Of a stretch of DNA of 64,000 nt, positions 30,274 through 39,322 are shown one piece after another. The stretch comes from Microcystaceae cyanobacterium (lineage in GTDB: Bacteria > Cyanobacteriota > Cyanobacteriia > Cyanobacteriales > Microcystaceae): positions 1-64,000 of the forward strand of contig JBGTGT010000012.1 of the NCBI GenBank assembly GCA_041746575.1, written 5' to 3'. The notes beneath the pieces are model-generated. The model saw only the letters and a list, made by a program, of their open reading frames with translations. It searched no databases and was not told where the DNA came from. A program made the translations under genes and the position numbers. How positions within the stretch are numbered: the stretch's first letter is position 1; each line of letters opens with the position of its first letter.

Positions 30274-31443
30274 TTAGTGCATAGGACCGGCTAAGATAAC
30301 TTTAGCGATCGCTTCTCTGACTTCGTGAGGATCTTCAACGGCTAATTGGTCGTACCATCTTTGGGTAACCGTTGGATCTTTTCCATGGATTTGTTCTGCC
30401 CGTTTTCGTGCTTTTTGGACGACAGCACCGGTTCTTTCTTTGCGTTCCTTTTCATAACGCTTTAGGGCGTCTTCAATCCCCAGATTAGTGGTCAACAAGT
30501 AGTGAGTAAGCACCACTCCATCTTCCATGGCTTGACATCCTCCTTGACCGAGGTCTGGGCAGGTAGCATGACCAGAATCGCCAATAAGAGCAACTTTACC
30601 TCGTACAAGACTTTTCAAGGGGCCAACGTCGTGAATTTCAGGGCGTGCAACCTGATAAGGGTCAATTTGTTCAATTAAATTTTGAACCGGTTTTGCCCAC
30701 CCAGCAAAGTGTTCTTTAAGTTGAGCTTGATAATTTTCAGGTTCGGCGGCTGTTCCTTTGGGCAGAGGAACGTCAAAAAAGAAATAAAATCGATCTCGTG
30801 CCACGGGCATCAGCGATGCTCTTTGATGATCCCCTACATAAATTACCCAGCTATTTTTGGGAGCTAAATCCTCATGGGCGGGTACCAGTCCATTCCAGTT
30901 GGTGTAACCGCCATATTTAGGCGAAACTTCCTCTCCTAAGACATAGGTTCGCAAAATTGAGTGAATTCCATCAGCCGCTATTATCAGATCCCCTGTTGAT
31001 TGGTGTCCATTTTCAAAGGTTGCCGTTACGTCTTTTTCGTTTTCCTCAACACCCATACATTTATGGTTTAAATGAATGTTAACGCCATAGGATTCTAAAT
31101 GCGTTTGTAACATAGATTGTAAGTCTGCCCTAGCAACGGGATAGGGACGTTGACCGACGGTACTAATGAGGGGATAGAGGTCAATCTGACTAAGCAATTG
31201 ACCGCTCGCATTGCGATATTCCATGTAGTCCATGATTCCGCCAATTTTAGCCATTTTTTCGCCTAAACCAAGACGATTAAGCACTTTGACGCCGTTTGAC
31301 CATAGGGAAATCCCTGCGCCGACGGGACGTAATTCCTTAACGCGATCATAAATCTCGATCTCGAATCCTGCTTGTTTTAGGGCAATTCCGGCGGTTAATC
31401 CCCCAATCCCTGCACCAATAATGACGATTTTTAATCCATTCAT
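30274..31443 (-). CDS. hpxO: FAD-dependent urate hydroxylase
   Basis: GAGIGG, ADG.HS, GDSGHATCPDLGQGGCQAMED; GAGISLWSNGVK; adjacent to a nucleobase permease. Confidence 0.85.
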   Translation of the reverse strand: MNGLKIVIIGAGIGGLTAGIALKQAGFEIEIYDRVKELRPVGAGISLWSNGVKVLNRLGLGEKMAKIGGIMDYMEYRNASGQLLSQIDLYPLISTVGQRPYPVARADLQSMLQTHLESYGVNIHLNHKCMGVEENEKDVTATFENGHQSTGDLIIAADGIHSILRTYVLGEEVSPKYGGYTNWNGLVPAHEDLAPKNSWVIYVGDHQRASLMPVARDRFYFFFDVPLPKGTAAEPENYQAQLKEHFAGWAKPVQNLIEQIDPYQVARPEIHDVGPLKSLVRGKVALIGDSGHATCPDLGQGGCQAMEDGVVLTHYLLTTNLGIEDALKRYEKERKERTGAVVQKARKRAEQIHGKDPTVTQRWYDQLAVEDPHEVREAIAKVILAGPMH

Positions 31444-31597
31444 TCGGTTGGTTGAACCTCCTTAGAACCCATCGTTGTAAAATGTATAATTAGTCACCGA
31501 AAAGCGACGAAGACTCTTCTTGGTTATTGCTGTTTTTGGGCTTAGACTCGTCAGGAATCCTGTTAAGCATTCGGTACCCGATCCAGTCCAAAACTTT

Positions 31598-31644
31598 TGT
31601 ATACTGTATACGGATAACCTTTAAAGAAATGTATTGAGTCATAC
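31598..31644 (-). promoter_or_regulatory. NtcA-activated (class II) promoter for hpxO, with overlapping candidate GntR operator
   Basis: GTA-TTGAGTCA-TAC at 31631-31644; 22 nt further on the minus strand, -10 TACAGT (31608-31603); TGTATAC direct repeat at 31598-31611. Confidence 0.7.
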
Positions 31645-31747
31645 CATTTTTGGACGCCCGAAGGAGAATTTTCGCTCTGCTTTTTGAGATTCATAAAAGC
31701 CGCTAATTAGGAAGCATTTAAGCATAAAGGTTTAAAGGAGAACAATT

Positions 31748-32437
31748 TTGTCCCTATCTTCTTATATTGTGCAACGTAATCAATCTTTACAGGAGCAAGC
31801 GTACCAAGCACTTCGTACAGCTATTTTATCTGGAGAATTAGCACCTGCCGAACGCTTAATTGAAACTCAACTCTCGAAAAAATTGCAGATGAGTCGAACA
31901 CCGATTCGGGAGGCGTTACGCCAGTTACAGCAGGAAGATTTGGTGGTTTGTGGGGACAATAACGTCTTACAGGTGGTTCAGTTTTCGAGCAATGATGCCA
32001 TCCAATTATATGACTGTCGCTTAGCCTTAGAACAGTTAGCGGTTACCCAAGGGTGTCAGCAGATTACGCCCGCCCAATTGGAGCGTCTTCAGCAAATGTT
32101 AGCGCAATCGAAAAAACTCAGTCAAGTTCCTCCGACTTCTCAATTAACGGATTTTCAAATGTTGGATCTAGATTATCGTTTTCATCGTTTATTAGCAGAA
32201 AGTTCGGGGAATTTGTGGTTGCGATCGCTTCTTGATCAAGTCTTTGATAAAATGATGGTCATTCGAGTACATACTTTGCAGAAAAATCGTCAAGTTTTGA
32301 ATATTTATAGCGAGCATCAACGGATTTATGAGGCCATTGCTGAAGGAAACGTAGAAAAAGCCATTATGACGATTACAGAGCATTTAACAACCGCGAAAGC
32401 GCGTGTGGTTGCTGAAATGGCAAAAATCACCGATTAA
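31748..32437 (+). CDS. GntR family transcriptional regulator (FCD domain)
   Basis: SRTPIREAL HTH; FHRLL...SGN..L and EH..I; AAGGAG RBS before the TTG start. Confidence 0.92.
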   Translation: MSLSSYIVQRNQSLQEQAYQALRTAILSGELAPAERLIETQLSKKLQMSRTPIREALRQLQQEDLVVCGDNNVLQVVQFSSNDAIQLYDCRLALEQLAVTQGCQQITPAQLERLQQMLAQSKKLSQVPPTSQLTDFQMLDLDYRFHRLLAESSGNLWLRSLLDQVFDKMMVIRVHTLQKNRQVLNIYSEHQRIYEAIAEGNVEKAIMTITEHLTTAKARVVAEMAKITD

Positions 32438-32444
32438 TTCAAAA

Positions 32445-32529
32445 CGGAGAGGGTGGGATTTGAACCCACGGACTGTTGCCAGTCACTCGATTTCAAGTCG
32501 AGCGCGATCGACCACTCTGCCACCTCTCC
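32445..32529 (-). tRNA. tRNA-Ser(UGA)
   Basis: GGAGAGG...CCTCTCCG acceptor stem; CTCGA-CT-TGA-AA-TCGAG anticodon arm; long variable arm; GGTTCAAATCC T-loop; CCA not encoded. Confidence 0.96.
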
Positions 32530-32778
32530 TAGCGGATAGCAGCTTTTATTCTATCAAACGATTTCAAAAATGCGATCATTGCTCGGGGGTTTTCCGATCA
32601 CCAATTCAATTTCTTAAATAAATCCGTAAACTCAGACCATCCCCCCTATTTAACTTAATAATAACCATAGACAGCACCATCTATTGTCTTTTTGTCAAAG
32701 CAAAAGTCAGGGATCAAAAGAAGAACTGCCGAAAAATCGGTTAATAGTCACAGATTAGCACTGTAAATGAGGTAAAAA

Positions 32779-34263
32779 ATGGGAAAACCAACGGGATTTA
32801 TGGAATATCTCCGAGAAGTTGCGGAAGAGATTACCCCTAGCGATCGCATTCACAACTGGGACGAATTTCACCTTCCGATGACAGAAGAAGCGATTCGTCA
32901 GCAAGGGGCGCGTTGTATGGATTGCGGGACTCCCTTTTGTCATACGGGAACAATTATCGGCGGCATGGCCAGTGGTTGTCCGATTAATAACTTAATTCCG
33001 GAATGGAATGACCTTGTTTATCGTGGATTATGGCAAGAAGCCTTAGATCGTCTTCATAAAACCAACAATTTTCCTGAATTTACTAGTCGGGTTTGTCCTG
33101 CCCCCTGTGAAGGATCTTGCGTTTTAGGCATTACCAGCCCCCCTATTACCATCAAAAATATTGAATACTCTATCAGTGAAAAAGGATGGGAATCCGGCTG
33201 GATTAAAGCAGATTCCCCTGAAAAGCGAACAGGAAAGCGAGTTGCCGTTGTGGGTTCAGGCCCAGCCGGTTTATGCGCCGCCGATCAGCTAAATACGGCT
33301 GGTCATTGGGTTACCGTGTTTGAACGGGCAGATCGCCCCGGTGGATTACTGATGTATGGGATTCCCAACATGAAATTAGATAAGCAAAAAGTCGTTTTAC
33401 GACGTATTCAACTGCTAGAAGAAGAGGGGGTTCAATTTATTTGTAATACGGAGATTGGTAAAGATTTACCCGCCGAAAAGCTATTAACTGAGTTTGATGC
33501 GGTCGTCCTTTGTACAGGGGCAACTCGACCGCGAGATCTAAAGATTGAAGGGCGAGAATTGAAAGGTATTCACTTTGCCATGGAATTTTTGACTGAAAAT
33601 ACAAAATCGCTTTTGGATGGTAACCGTAACGGTCATTTTATCTCCGCCGAAGGTAAAGATGTGGTCATTATTGGCGGAGGAGATACGGGAACCGACTGTG
33701 TAGGAACTTCCCTGCGACAGGGTTGCCAAAGCGTCACTCAACTGGAAATCATGCCCCAACCGCCTTTAGAACGCGCCCCCAATAACCCATGGCCGGAGTG
33801 GCCGAAGATTTACCGCATGGATTACGGACAAGAGGAGGCAGCAAAGAAATTTGGTCAAGATCCTCGCGTTTATTTGACCACAGCGACTAGATTTGAAGGA
33901 GACGAACAAGGGGCAGTTACAGCAGTTCATACCGTGGTGGTTGAGTGGACAAAAGATGAACAAGGGCGATTTATCCCCAATCCTGTGGCTGGAACTGAAA
34001 AAGTGATTCCAACCCAGTTAATTCTCTTGGCTATGGGCTTTTTGGGGCCAGAACAACCCCTCCTTGAAGCATTAAGTTTAGAAACCGATGCCCGCAGTAA
34101 TATCAAGGCCACCGAAGGCAAGTATCTCACGGGTTTGCCCGGTGTCTTTGCAGCAGGAGATTGTCGTCGAGGTCAAAGTTTAGTCGTCTGGGCATTTAAA
34201 GAAGGTCGAGAGGCGGCCAGAGAATGCGATCGCTATTTGATGGGTAATACCGATTTGCCTTAA
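32779..34263 (+). CDS. gltD: Glutamate synthase small subunit
   Basis: [44 protein letters not shown]. Confidence 0.95.
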   Translation: MGKPTGFMEYLREVAEEITPSDRIHNWDEFHLPMTEEAIRQQGARCMDCGTPFCHTGTIIGGMASGCPINNLIPEWNDLVYRGLWQEALDRLHKTNNFPEFTSRVCPAPCEGSCVLGITSPPITIKNIEYSISEKGWESGWIKADSPEKRTGKRVAVVGSGPAGLCAADQLNTAGHWVTVFERADRPGGLLMYGIPNMKLDKQKVVLRRIQLLEEEGVQFICNTEIGKDLPAEKLLTEFDAVVLCTGATRPRDLKIEGRELKGIHFAMEFLTENTKSLLDGNRNGHFISAEGKDVVIIGGGDTGTDCVGTSLRQGCQSVTQLEIMPQPPLERAPNNPWPEWPKIYRMDYGQEEAAKKFGQDPRVYLTTATRFEGDEQGAVTAVHTVVVEWTKDEQGRFIPNPVAGTEKVIPTQLILLAMGFLGPEQPLLEALSLETDARSNIKATEGKYLTGLPGVFAAGDCRRGQSLVVWAFKEGREAARECDRYLMGNTDLP

Positions 34264-34334
34264 CTAGCATGGTCATTAAGGTGTTAGGTGTTAGGTTTTG
34301 AATGATTCAATTTAAACCTCGTCCCTTACACCTT

Positions 34335-34853
34335 TTATTGAATCAAATAACTTGACCACTGCGGTTCAGCTTGTATATCTTTGACTTCTCGTCGTAAAAG
34401 TCGCCATGTTTTCCCTTCTGCTTGGCGTTGCAAATAAATATCAAAGGGGTTTTGGCGTTGGGTAACTTCTTGATGGGGTAATTTCAGCTTCAGGCGATAC
34501 GTTCCGGTTAGGTGATAGGCCGCTAAATCTTCAATAAAAACAGGTTCGTTTTGTTTGACCTGAATTTTACTAATTTCTAGAATGGGAACAGAGGTATTTA
34601 ACTGTTGACTCAATCGTTCTTCGGTTTTAGATAATTGTAGAGCGATCGCTTTTTGGACAATTTCCCCATCTGGCGTCAATTCAGTGGGAGGGGTAGCCGT
34701 CTGGCAGGCTGTTAACCCTATCGTCAAAACTATCATTAAAAAGAACGGTATTAAACGATTGAATCTCAATTGACTGAGCACACAGGATTGATCAAAACAG
34801 GCAAAAGAAAAAGCGGATAAGTCAATTTTGACCTTCAGATTGAGGATGGACAT
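34335..34853 (-). CDS. Hypothetical lipoprotein (true start probably downstream of 34853)
   Basis: Lipobox LTAC after a hydrophobic stretch. Confidence 0.65.
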   Translation of the reverse strand: MSILNLKVKIDLSAFSFACFDQSCVLSQLRFNRLIPFFLMIVLTIGLTACQTATPPTELTPDGEIVQKAIALQLSKTEERLSQQLNTSVPILEISKIQVKQNEPVFIEDLAAYHLTGTYRLKLKLPHQEVTQRQNPFDIYLQRQAEGKTWRLLRREVKDIQAEPQWSSYLIQ

Positions 34854-34974
34854 AAATAGAACCGTTATTTAAGGAAAGTTAAAACTTCTGGTGATTTTAT
34901 TACTTTTAATGTCAAAATTATTATATGGCATTGCGTTCCTTTTTCTCTCTCTTTTTTGGTCTTGTGTAAACTGT

Positions 34975-35400
34975 ATGAATTATTAGCTTTTTCAAGGAAA
35001 TTCTAAATATTATCGGATTTTAGATGCCCTTCAGAACTTAGCAGAAATGCCTTGGTTCGTTACTCGATATCGTGGGGAAGTATCCGTCGGAGATGGGGTC
35101 TTGGTGTGGTTTGCGGGGGCAGATGCTGGCATTTATGCCATTGCTGAGATCATTAAAGAACCACAGATTTTCGCTAAAATTCCTGATTTAAATTATTGGA
35201 TAGATAGCCAAAACACAAAATAAGATAAACCTCGAGTCCAACTCCGTTTTAGGCGTAAATTAATCGGTCAACCTTTACATCATAATGATCTAAAAAATGA
35301 CCCTATTCTTCAAGGTTTAACGATGATACGCACCCCTAATAGTACCAATTTTAAAGTTACTTTAGAACAATGACAACGGGTTCAGCAATTAAAAGAATAA
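34975..35400 (+). pseudogene. EVE-domain protein pseudogene
   Basis: MNY*LFQGNSKYYRI...GDGVLVW..G..AGIYAIAEI...NSTNFKVT.EQ*QRV; in-frame stops at 34984, 35221 and 35371. Confidence 0.82.
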
Positions 35401-35429
35401 AGGTTGTCTATACTGACAAATTCACCCAT

Positions 35430-36524
35430 TTAGTCTTTTAAACCGTGCCTACTTGCTAAAAAGTGTTTACCTTGTTTTTCGCCATCTTCGATTAAACGAT
35501 GAATATTAGTTGGACTGCGATCCAATTTACTTTCATAATTGAGACTTTCGGCTAATTCTTCTGACATTTTAATCAAGGGGATGTGGTAAGATTTATCAGG
35601 ATCAGCAGCAAAAATTTTAGGGATTTTAATGGGTTCAAAAATGGAAGTTTCTGTCAAAAAGTCTTCTTTAAATGCTCCTCTTAAAAAAAGATCGTTGAGA
35701 AATTCAATTTGTCCTAATCCTTGTAGTAAAGATACATTTCCTTCCAGTTCATTACGACGATCTGCAATATCATCGGGTTGAACTGGAATTTTTTTACAAG
35801 TTGTCGGATTTACTTTAATGACCCAAATTTCATGGGGAATATTTTCAATTCCAACGTAATCCCGTTTAATCAACACATCAATAGGAGGATTATCAGAAAA
35901 TAACCCATCCCAATAAGTCATTTCATCAATAGAAACCGCAGGAAAAATACTCGGAACACAAGCAGATGCTAAGAGGTGTTCAATCCGAATGGGTTCATGA
36001 TAAGAGTCGAATTTGTGTAGTTTCCCACTCAAAATATTACAAGCTCCAATTAATAAAATCGGTGGTTCGGGCTGCGCTCCCCAATGATTTAATTCATCAA
36101 AATCAACATGGTGCTTTAGTAATACTTCAAGGTCTGTAAAACGGCGACGCAATCCCAACGTTGCCAGTTCAAACCATGCCTTAGTTAAGGGAGAGGCAGG
36201 ACTAAAATTAAACTGAGGAATTAATCCTTTACTGCCCCATTCGATAGTTTTAATTGCCGCATCGTTGAAGAACTTTTCTGCTACCGTTTGCGCCGTATTA
36301 TCTTCCCAAAAATCAATGAGTCTCTGCCAAACGGAATTGTCTCCTTTTTTCAAAGCGTACCATATTAAAAAAGCGCAGATTGCCCCACCAGACGTACCAC
36401 TTAAACTCACAATTTCAAATTGGTCTTGAATGTTGCTGTCAAACAAGGACTTAAGTACACCCGCCGTAAATGCGGTTTGGCTTCCCCCTCCCTGACAAGC
36501 AATAGCAACTTTCGGTTTATTCAT
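35430..36524 (-). CDS. Patatin-like phospholipase
   Basis: GGGS oxyanion loop, GTSGG nucleophile elbow, DGL. Confidence 0.9.
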   Translation of the reverse strand: MNKPKVAIACQGGGSQTAFTAGVLKSLFDSNIQDQFEIVSLSGTSGGAICAFLIWYALKKGDNSVWQRLIDFWEDNTAQTVAEKFFNDAAIKTIEWGSKGLIPQFNFSPASPLTKAWFELATLGLRRRFTDLEVLLKHHVDFDELNHWGAQPEPPILLIGACNILSGKLHKFDSYHEPIRIEHLLASACVPSIFPAVSIDEMTYWDGLFSDNPPIDVLIKRDYVGIENIPHEIWVIKVNPTTCKKIPVQPDDIADRRNELEGNVSLLQGLGQIEFLNDLFLRGAFKEDFLTETSIFEPIKIPKIFAADPDKSYHIPLIKMSEELAESLNYESKLDRSPTNIHRLIEDGEKQGKHFLASRHGLKD

Positions 36525-36669
36525 TCTTAAGCCTCCTTTGACCTAAAAAAATAGCAAGAAATAATTTAATTTTAATTGAGTTTTGTAGATTGTTACTTAT
36601 ATTTTATAATAAAATTGGCATGACTAATTAAGAATTGATAGATCAATAACAATGATAACATTAGCACAG

Positions 36670-36840
36670 ATGAAAAAACGCTATCTGCAAGATTTTGCTT
36701 TTTGGATTAAAGAAACAATGAGATAGTCAAGTGAGGGGAATTTTACTCAAGTGGATTTTGGGAATTTAATTGAGAAAGTGGAATCGTTAGGAATAGTCAG
36801 CGCAAAGCAGTGGGGATTTATTTATTACACTAATAAAAAA
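36670..36840 (+). pseudogene. DUF29-family gene remnant
   Basis: MKKRYLQDFAFWIKETMR*SSEGNFTQVDFGNLIEKVESLG, then frameshift to SQRKAV. Confidence 0.7.
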
Positions 36841-36885
36841 AGAACTTTAGGGAAAATAATACTATTTTAAAAAAATAGTGTAGTA

Positions 36886-37527
36886 TTATCGTTTTTTACC
36901 GGGGGGAATAAAGCGAATTTCTATTCTTCTTCTATTAGCATCGGCATTCCGATTCAGAGGAGACAACTCTCCAGAAGAAAGATACAATTGACCTGCTGAA
37001 TAAGCTTTAAATTTAACGCTTTTTAGTTGACCCGTTTCTTCAATTTTCTGGACAACAGCTAAGGCTCTCATTAAGCCTAAGTCCGTATTTGATCCCGGCT
37101 TCAACTTGTTCACCGTTTGTTCATTTTTAGCAACCTTTTCTAAAATTACATCTAAATTTCCCATTAAGCTAATGACTTGTCCGTCAGTATGACCAATAAT
37201 TTGTACAAAATCAATTTCGTGTTTTTGGATGGTTTCTTGAATGGTTGGAATAACTTGATTGATAATATATTTTTGCAGTTCTGGGGTTAGTTCTGCACTA
37301 TTAGAAATGAAGCTAAATTGACCCGATTTTTCATCAATGACGATAGGAGAGGCACTTTGCAATCTTTGATTAGCTTCCTGTAAGTTCTGATTTAAGCGTT
37401 GGGATTCTAACAAAGCAAGTAGAAGAAATAAGCTTAAAATCATAAAGGCATTTGACATCAAATCTGTAAAAGCAGGATAGACATCAAGGGAGTTTGAGTT
37501 TTCAATATATCGATTTCGTCGTTTCAT
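36886..37527 (-). CDS. ZorB/MotB-like membrane protein with OmpA-type peptidoglycan-binding domain
   Basis: Single TM with conserved Asp (YPAFTDLMS); IIGHTD, LGLMRA, NRRRIEIRF. Confidence 0.85.
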   Translation of the reverse strand: MKRRNRYIENSNSLDVYPAFTDLMSNAFMILSLFLLLALLESQRLNQNLQEANQRLQSASPIVIDEKSGQFSFISNSAELTPELQKYIINQVIPTIQETIQKHEIDFVQIIGHTDGQVISLMGNLDVILEKVAKNEQTVNKLKPGSNTDLGLMRALAVVQKIEETGQLKSVKFKAYSAGQLYLSSGELSPLNRNADANRRRIEIRFIPPGKKR

Positions 37528-37530
37528 AAG

Positions 37531-39300
37531 TCAAACAAATAATCCTCTTTTGTTATTAAACTTTATAGTCTCCTCTAAGATTTGATATTGCTTTTCTAAT
37601 ATCTGCTTATTATTTTGACTAACTGCATCAACTAAGTTGGATAACTTAGAATTTATAATTGACAAGTCCTTTAAGTATATTTCAATAGTTTGAAGAATTT
37701 GTTGGTTTTCGTCATTTTTAATATTAATCAGATTATTAAGAGAATCAGATATATTGTTTCCTAAGTTTTGAATATCGGTACTTAAAGTCTCTTGGAAAGT
37801 TTCAAAGCTTTCAATGCTCTGAAGCAATTTGTCGCTAAAAGAGTGGAAATTATTAGTTCCACTTTCTAGTTGTTTTTGATTCAGTTGAATAAAATTAACT
37901 AAATTTTTGTTAATATCGCTTATTTGACTTTCTAAATTAACTATTTTGTAAATCGAGCTTTGTAAATCTTGTCTAAAAGATGTCATAGGCTTTATAGAGT
38001 TAGTAAGGTCTGAAATTGCTTCAGAGAATTGACCATAGGTTGTCATTAAGCCTTGAGTTGCGCTAAATAGATTATCTGCAAATTGACTTTGTTCAATTTT
38101 TTCTGATGCTTCAAGAAAAACCAAAGCACTATCTTGTATTTTAGTTGTCGAATCTTCAAAAGATAAATAAACTTGTTCAGCTAAATTATTAGTTTTTTTG
38201 TTCCCTTCAATCATTTTGCTGATATTTTTATTAAATAAAGCTGTTGATTCAGTAAATTTCTCTTGTGTCGCTGCCAAACTAGAAGTCAAATTTTCTAGAT
38301 TATCTGAGAATTTACTTTGTTCTATTTTTTCAGAAGCAGCTTGAAAAATCAAGGCACTACTTTCGAGCTTTTGAGAAGTTTCTTTAACAGAATCTGTAAT
38401 TTCAATTGCTCTTTGTATTTGCTGTTCTAAAATGTAAGTAGAAAGTTGAAAAGTTGTTGCACCATTGGCTAATGTACCACAGGCTTCTGTTAAACGTTCA
38501 TAGACTTGTTTAGCTAATAAGGCAGATTCTTTATTTCCATCAGCTATTTGTTGAGCAACACGACCTAATGAAGACTCAACTGCTTTAGTCACATTCTCAT
38601 GAAATCGAGTTAAAAACTCATTTTGTTGTTCTACCATACGATTTACTGATTTATCAAGTCTTGTGTTCCCTTCAATGGTCGGATGAAAAACGTTATCTAA
38701 ATAATCTTCTAAGGAATTTACTAACTTATTTTTGGCTAATCCGGTATTATATTTAAGATTAATAAGGGTCAGAAAAGAACTAAAACTTAAGGCAATCAAG
38801 CTTGTAAAGAAAGCAATGCCCATATTTTGTAAAGGCTTTTGTAAATGACCAACTAGATTGCTATTATCAATGCTTCCTTTATGAATAATCCAACCGATAT
38901 CGTTTAAGTTTAACGTAATTCCTAGAAACGTGCCTAAAAGCCCAAAGGTGAGTAATAAGTTAGGTAAAATTCTGCTAAAGTAATCCCACTGTTCACAGCG
39001 TAAAGAATAAGATAGAAAAGAAAAGGTTTCTTCACTATAGATTCCGTCTAGCAATGCTGAGGTATTCACATATTCTAAGTGAAGACTAGCTCGTCGAAAT
39101 CTGTCCTCTAATTTTCTTACAATTAAGGGTTGCTGTCCATGAGGATTTCTAGTGAGTAATCTAGTAACTTTCTGACTGGCATCAGCTAGATGATGATAAA
39201 GCTTAACTCGTATTCCCCAAACAATGATGGTGGGAAAAATGACAAATACCAGAGTAAAGATAATAAGATAAGGGGGGAAAAGTTGAATTAAGTTAACCAT
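37531..39300 (-). CDS. ZorA/MotA-TolQ-like membrane protein with long cytoplasmic helical tail
   Basis: Three TM; LPNLLLTFGLLGTFLGIT and MGIAFFTSL motifs; about 400-aa helical tail with internal repeats. Confidence 0.8.
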   Translation of the reverse strand: MVNLIQLFPPYLIIFTLVFVIFPTIIVWGIRVKLYHHLADASQKVTRLLTRNPHGQQPLIVRKLEDRFRRASLHLEYVNTSALLDGIYSEETFSFLSYSLRCEQWDYFSRILPNLLLTFGLLGTFLGITLNLNDIGWIIHKGSIDNSNLVGHLQKPLQNMGIAFFTSLIALSFSSFLTLINLKYNTGLAKNKLVNSLEDYLDNVFHPTIEGNTRLDKSVNRMVEQQNEFLTRFHENVTKAVESSLGRVAQQIADGNKESALLAKQVYERLTEACGTLANGATTFQLSTYILEQQIQRAIEITDSVKETSQKLESSALIFQAASEKIEQSKFSDNLENLTSSLAATQEKFTESTALFNKNISKMIEGNKKTNNLAEQVYLSFEDSTTKIQDSALVFLEASEKIEQSQFADNLFSATQGLMTTYGQFSEAISDLTNSIKPMTSFRQDLQSSIYKIVNLESQISDINKNLVNFIQLNQKQLESGTNNFHSFSDKLLQSIESFETFQETLSTDIQNLGNNISDSLNNLINIKNDENQQILQTIEIYLKDLSIINSKLSNLVDAVSQNNKQILEKQYQILEETIKFNNKRGLFV

Positions 39301-39322
39301 GAGTAATATCCTCAGATAAAGT

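Noticed and set aside
31444..31596. Possible purine riboswitch or hammerhead (CTGACGA) in the hpxO leader
   Set aside because: No recognisable aptamer consensus and no correctly placed GAAA or stems; an Rfam/Infernal scan would be needed
32445..32529. tRNA-Ser as integration site for the purine cluster
   Set aside because: No integrase and no duplicated tRNA 3' end found by eye
32779..34263. gltD without adjacent gltB
   Set aside because: Separated gltB and gltD is known in cyanobacteria
36886..39300. Flagellar stator or methyl-accepting chemotaxis protein interpretation
   Set aside because: No flagellar or che genes nearby, cyanobacteria lack flagella, and the tail lacks the MCP hairpin-tip motif
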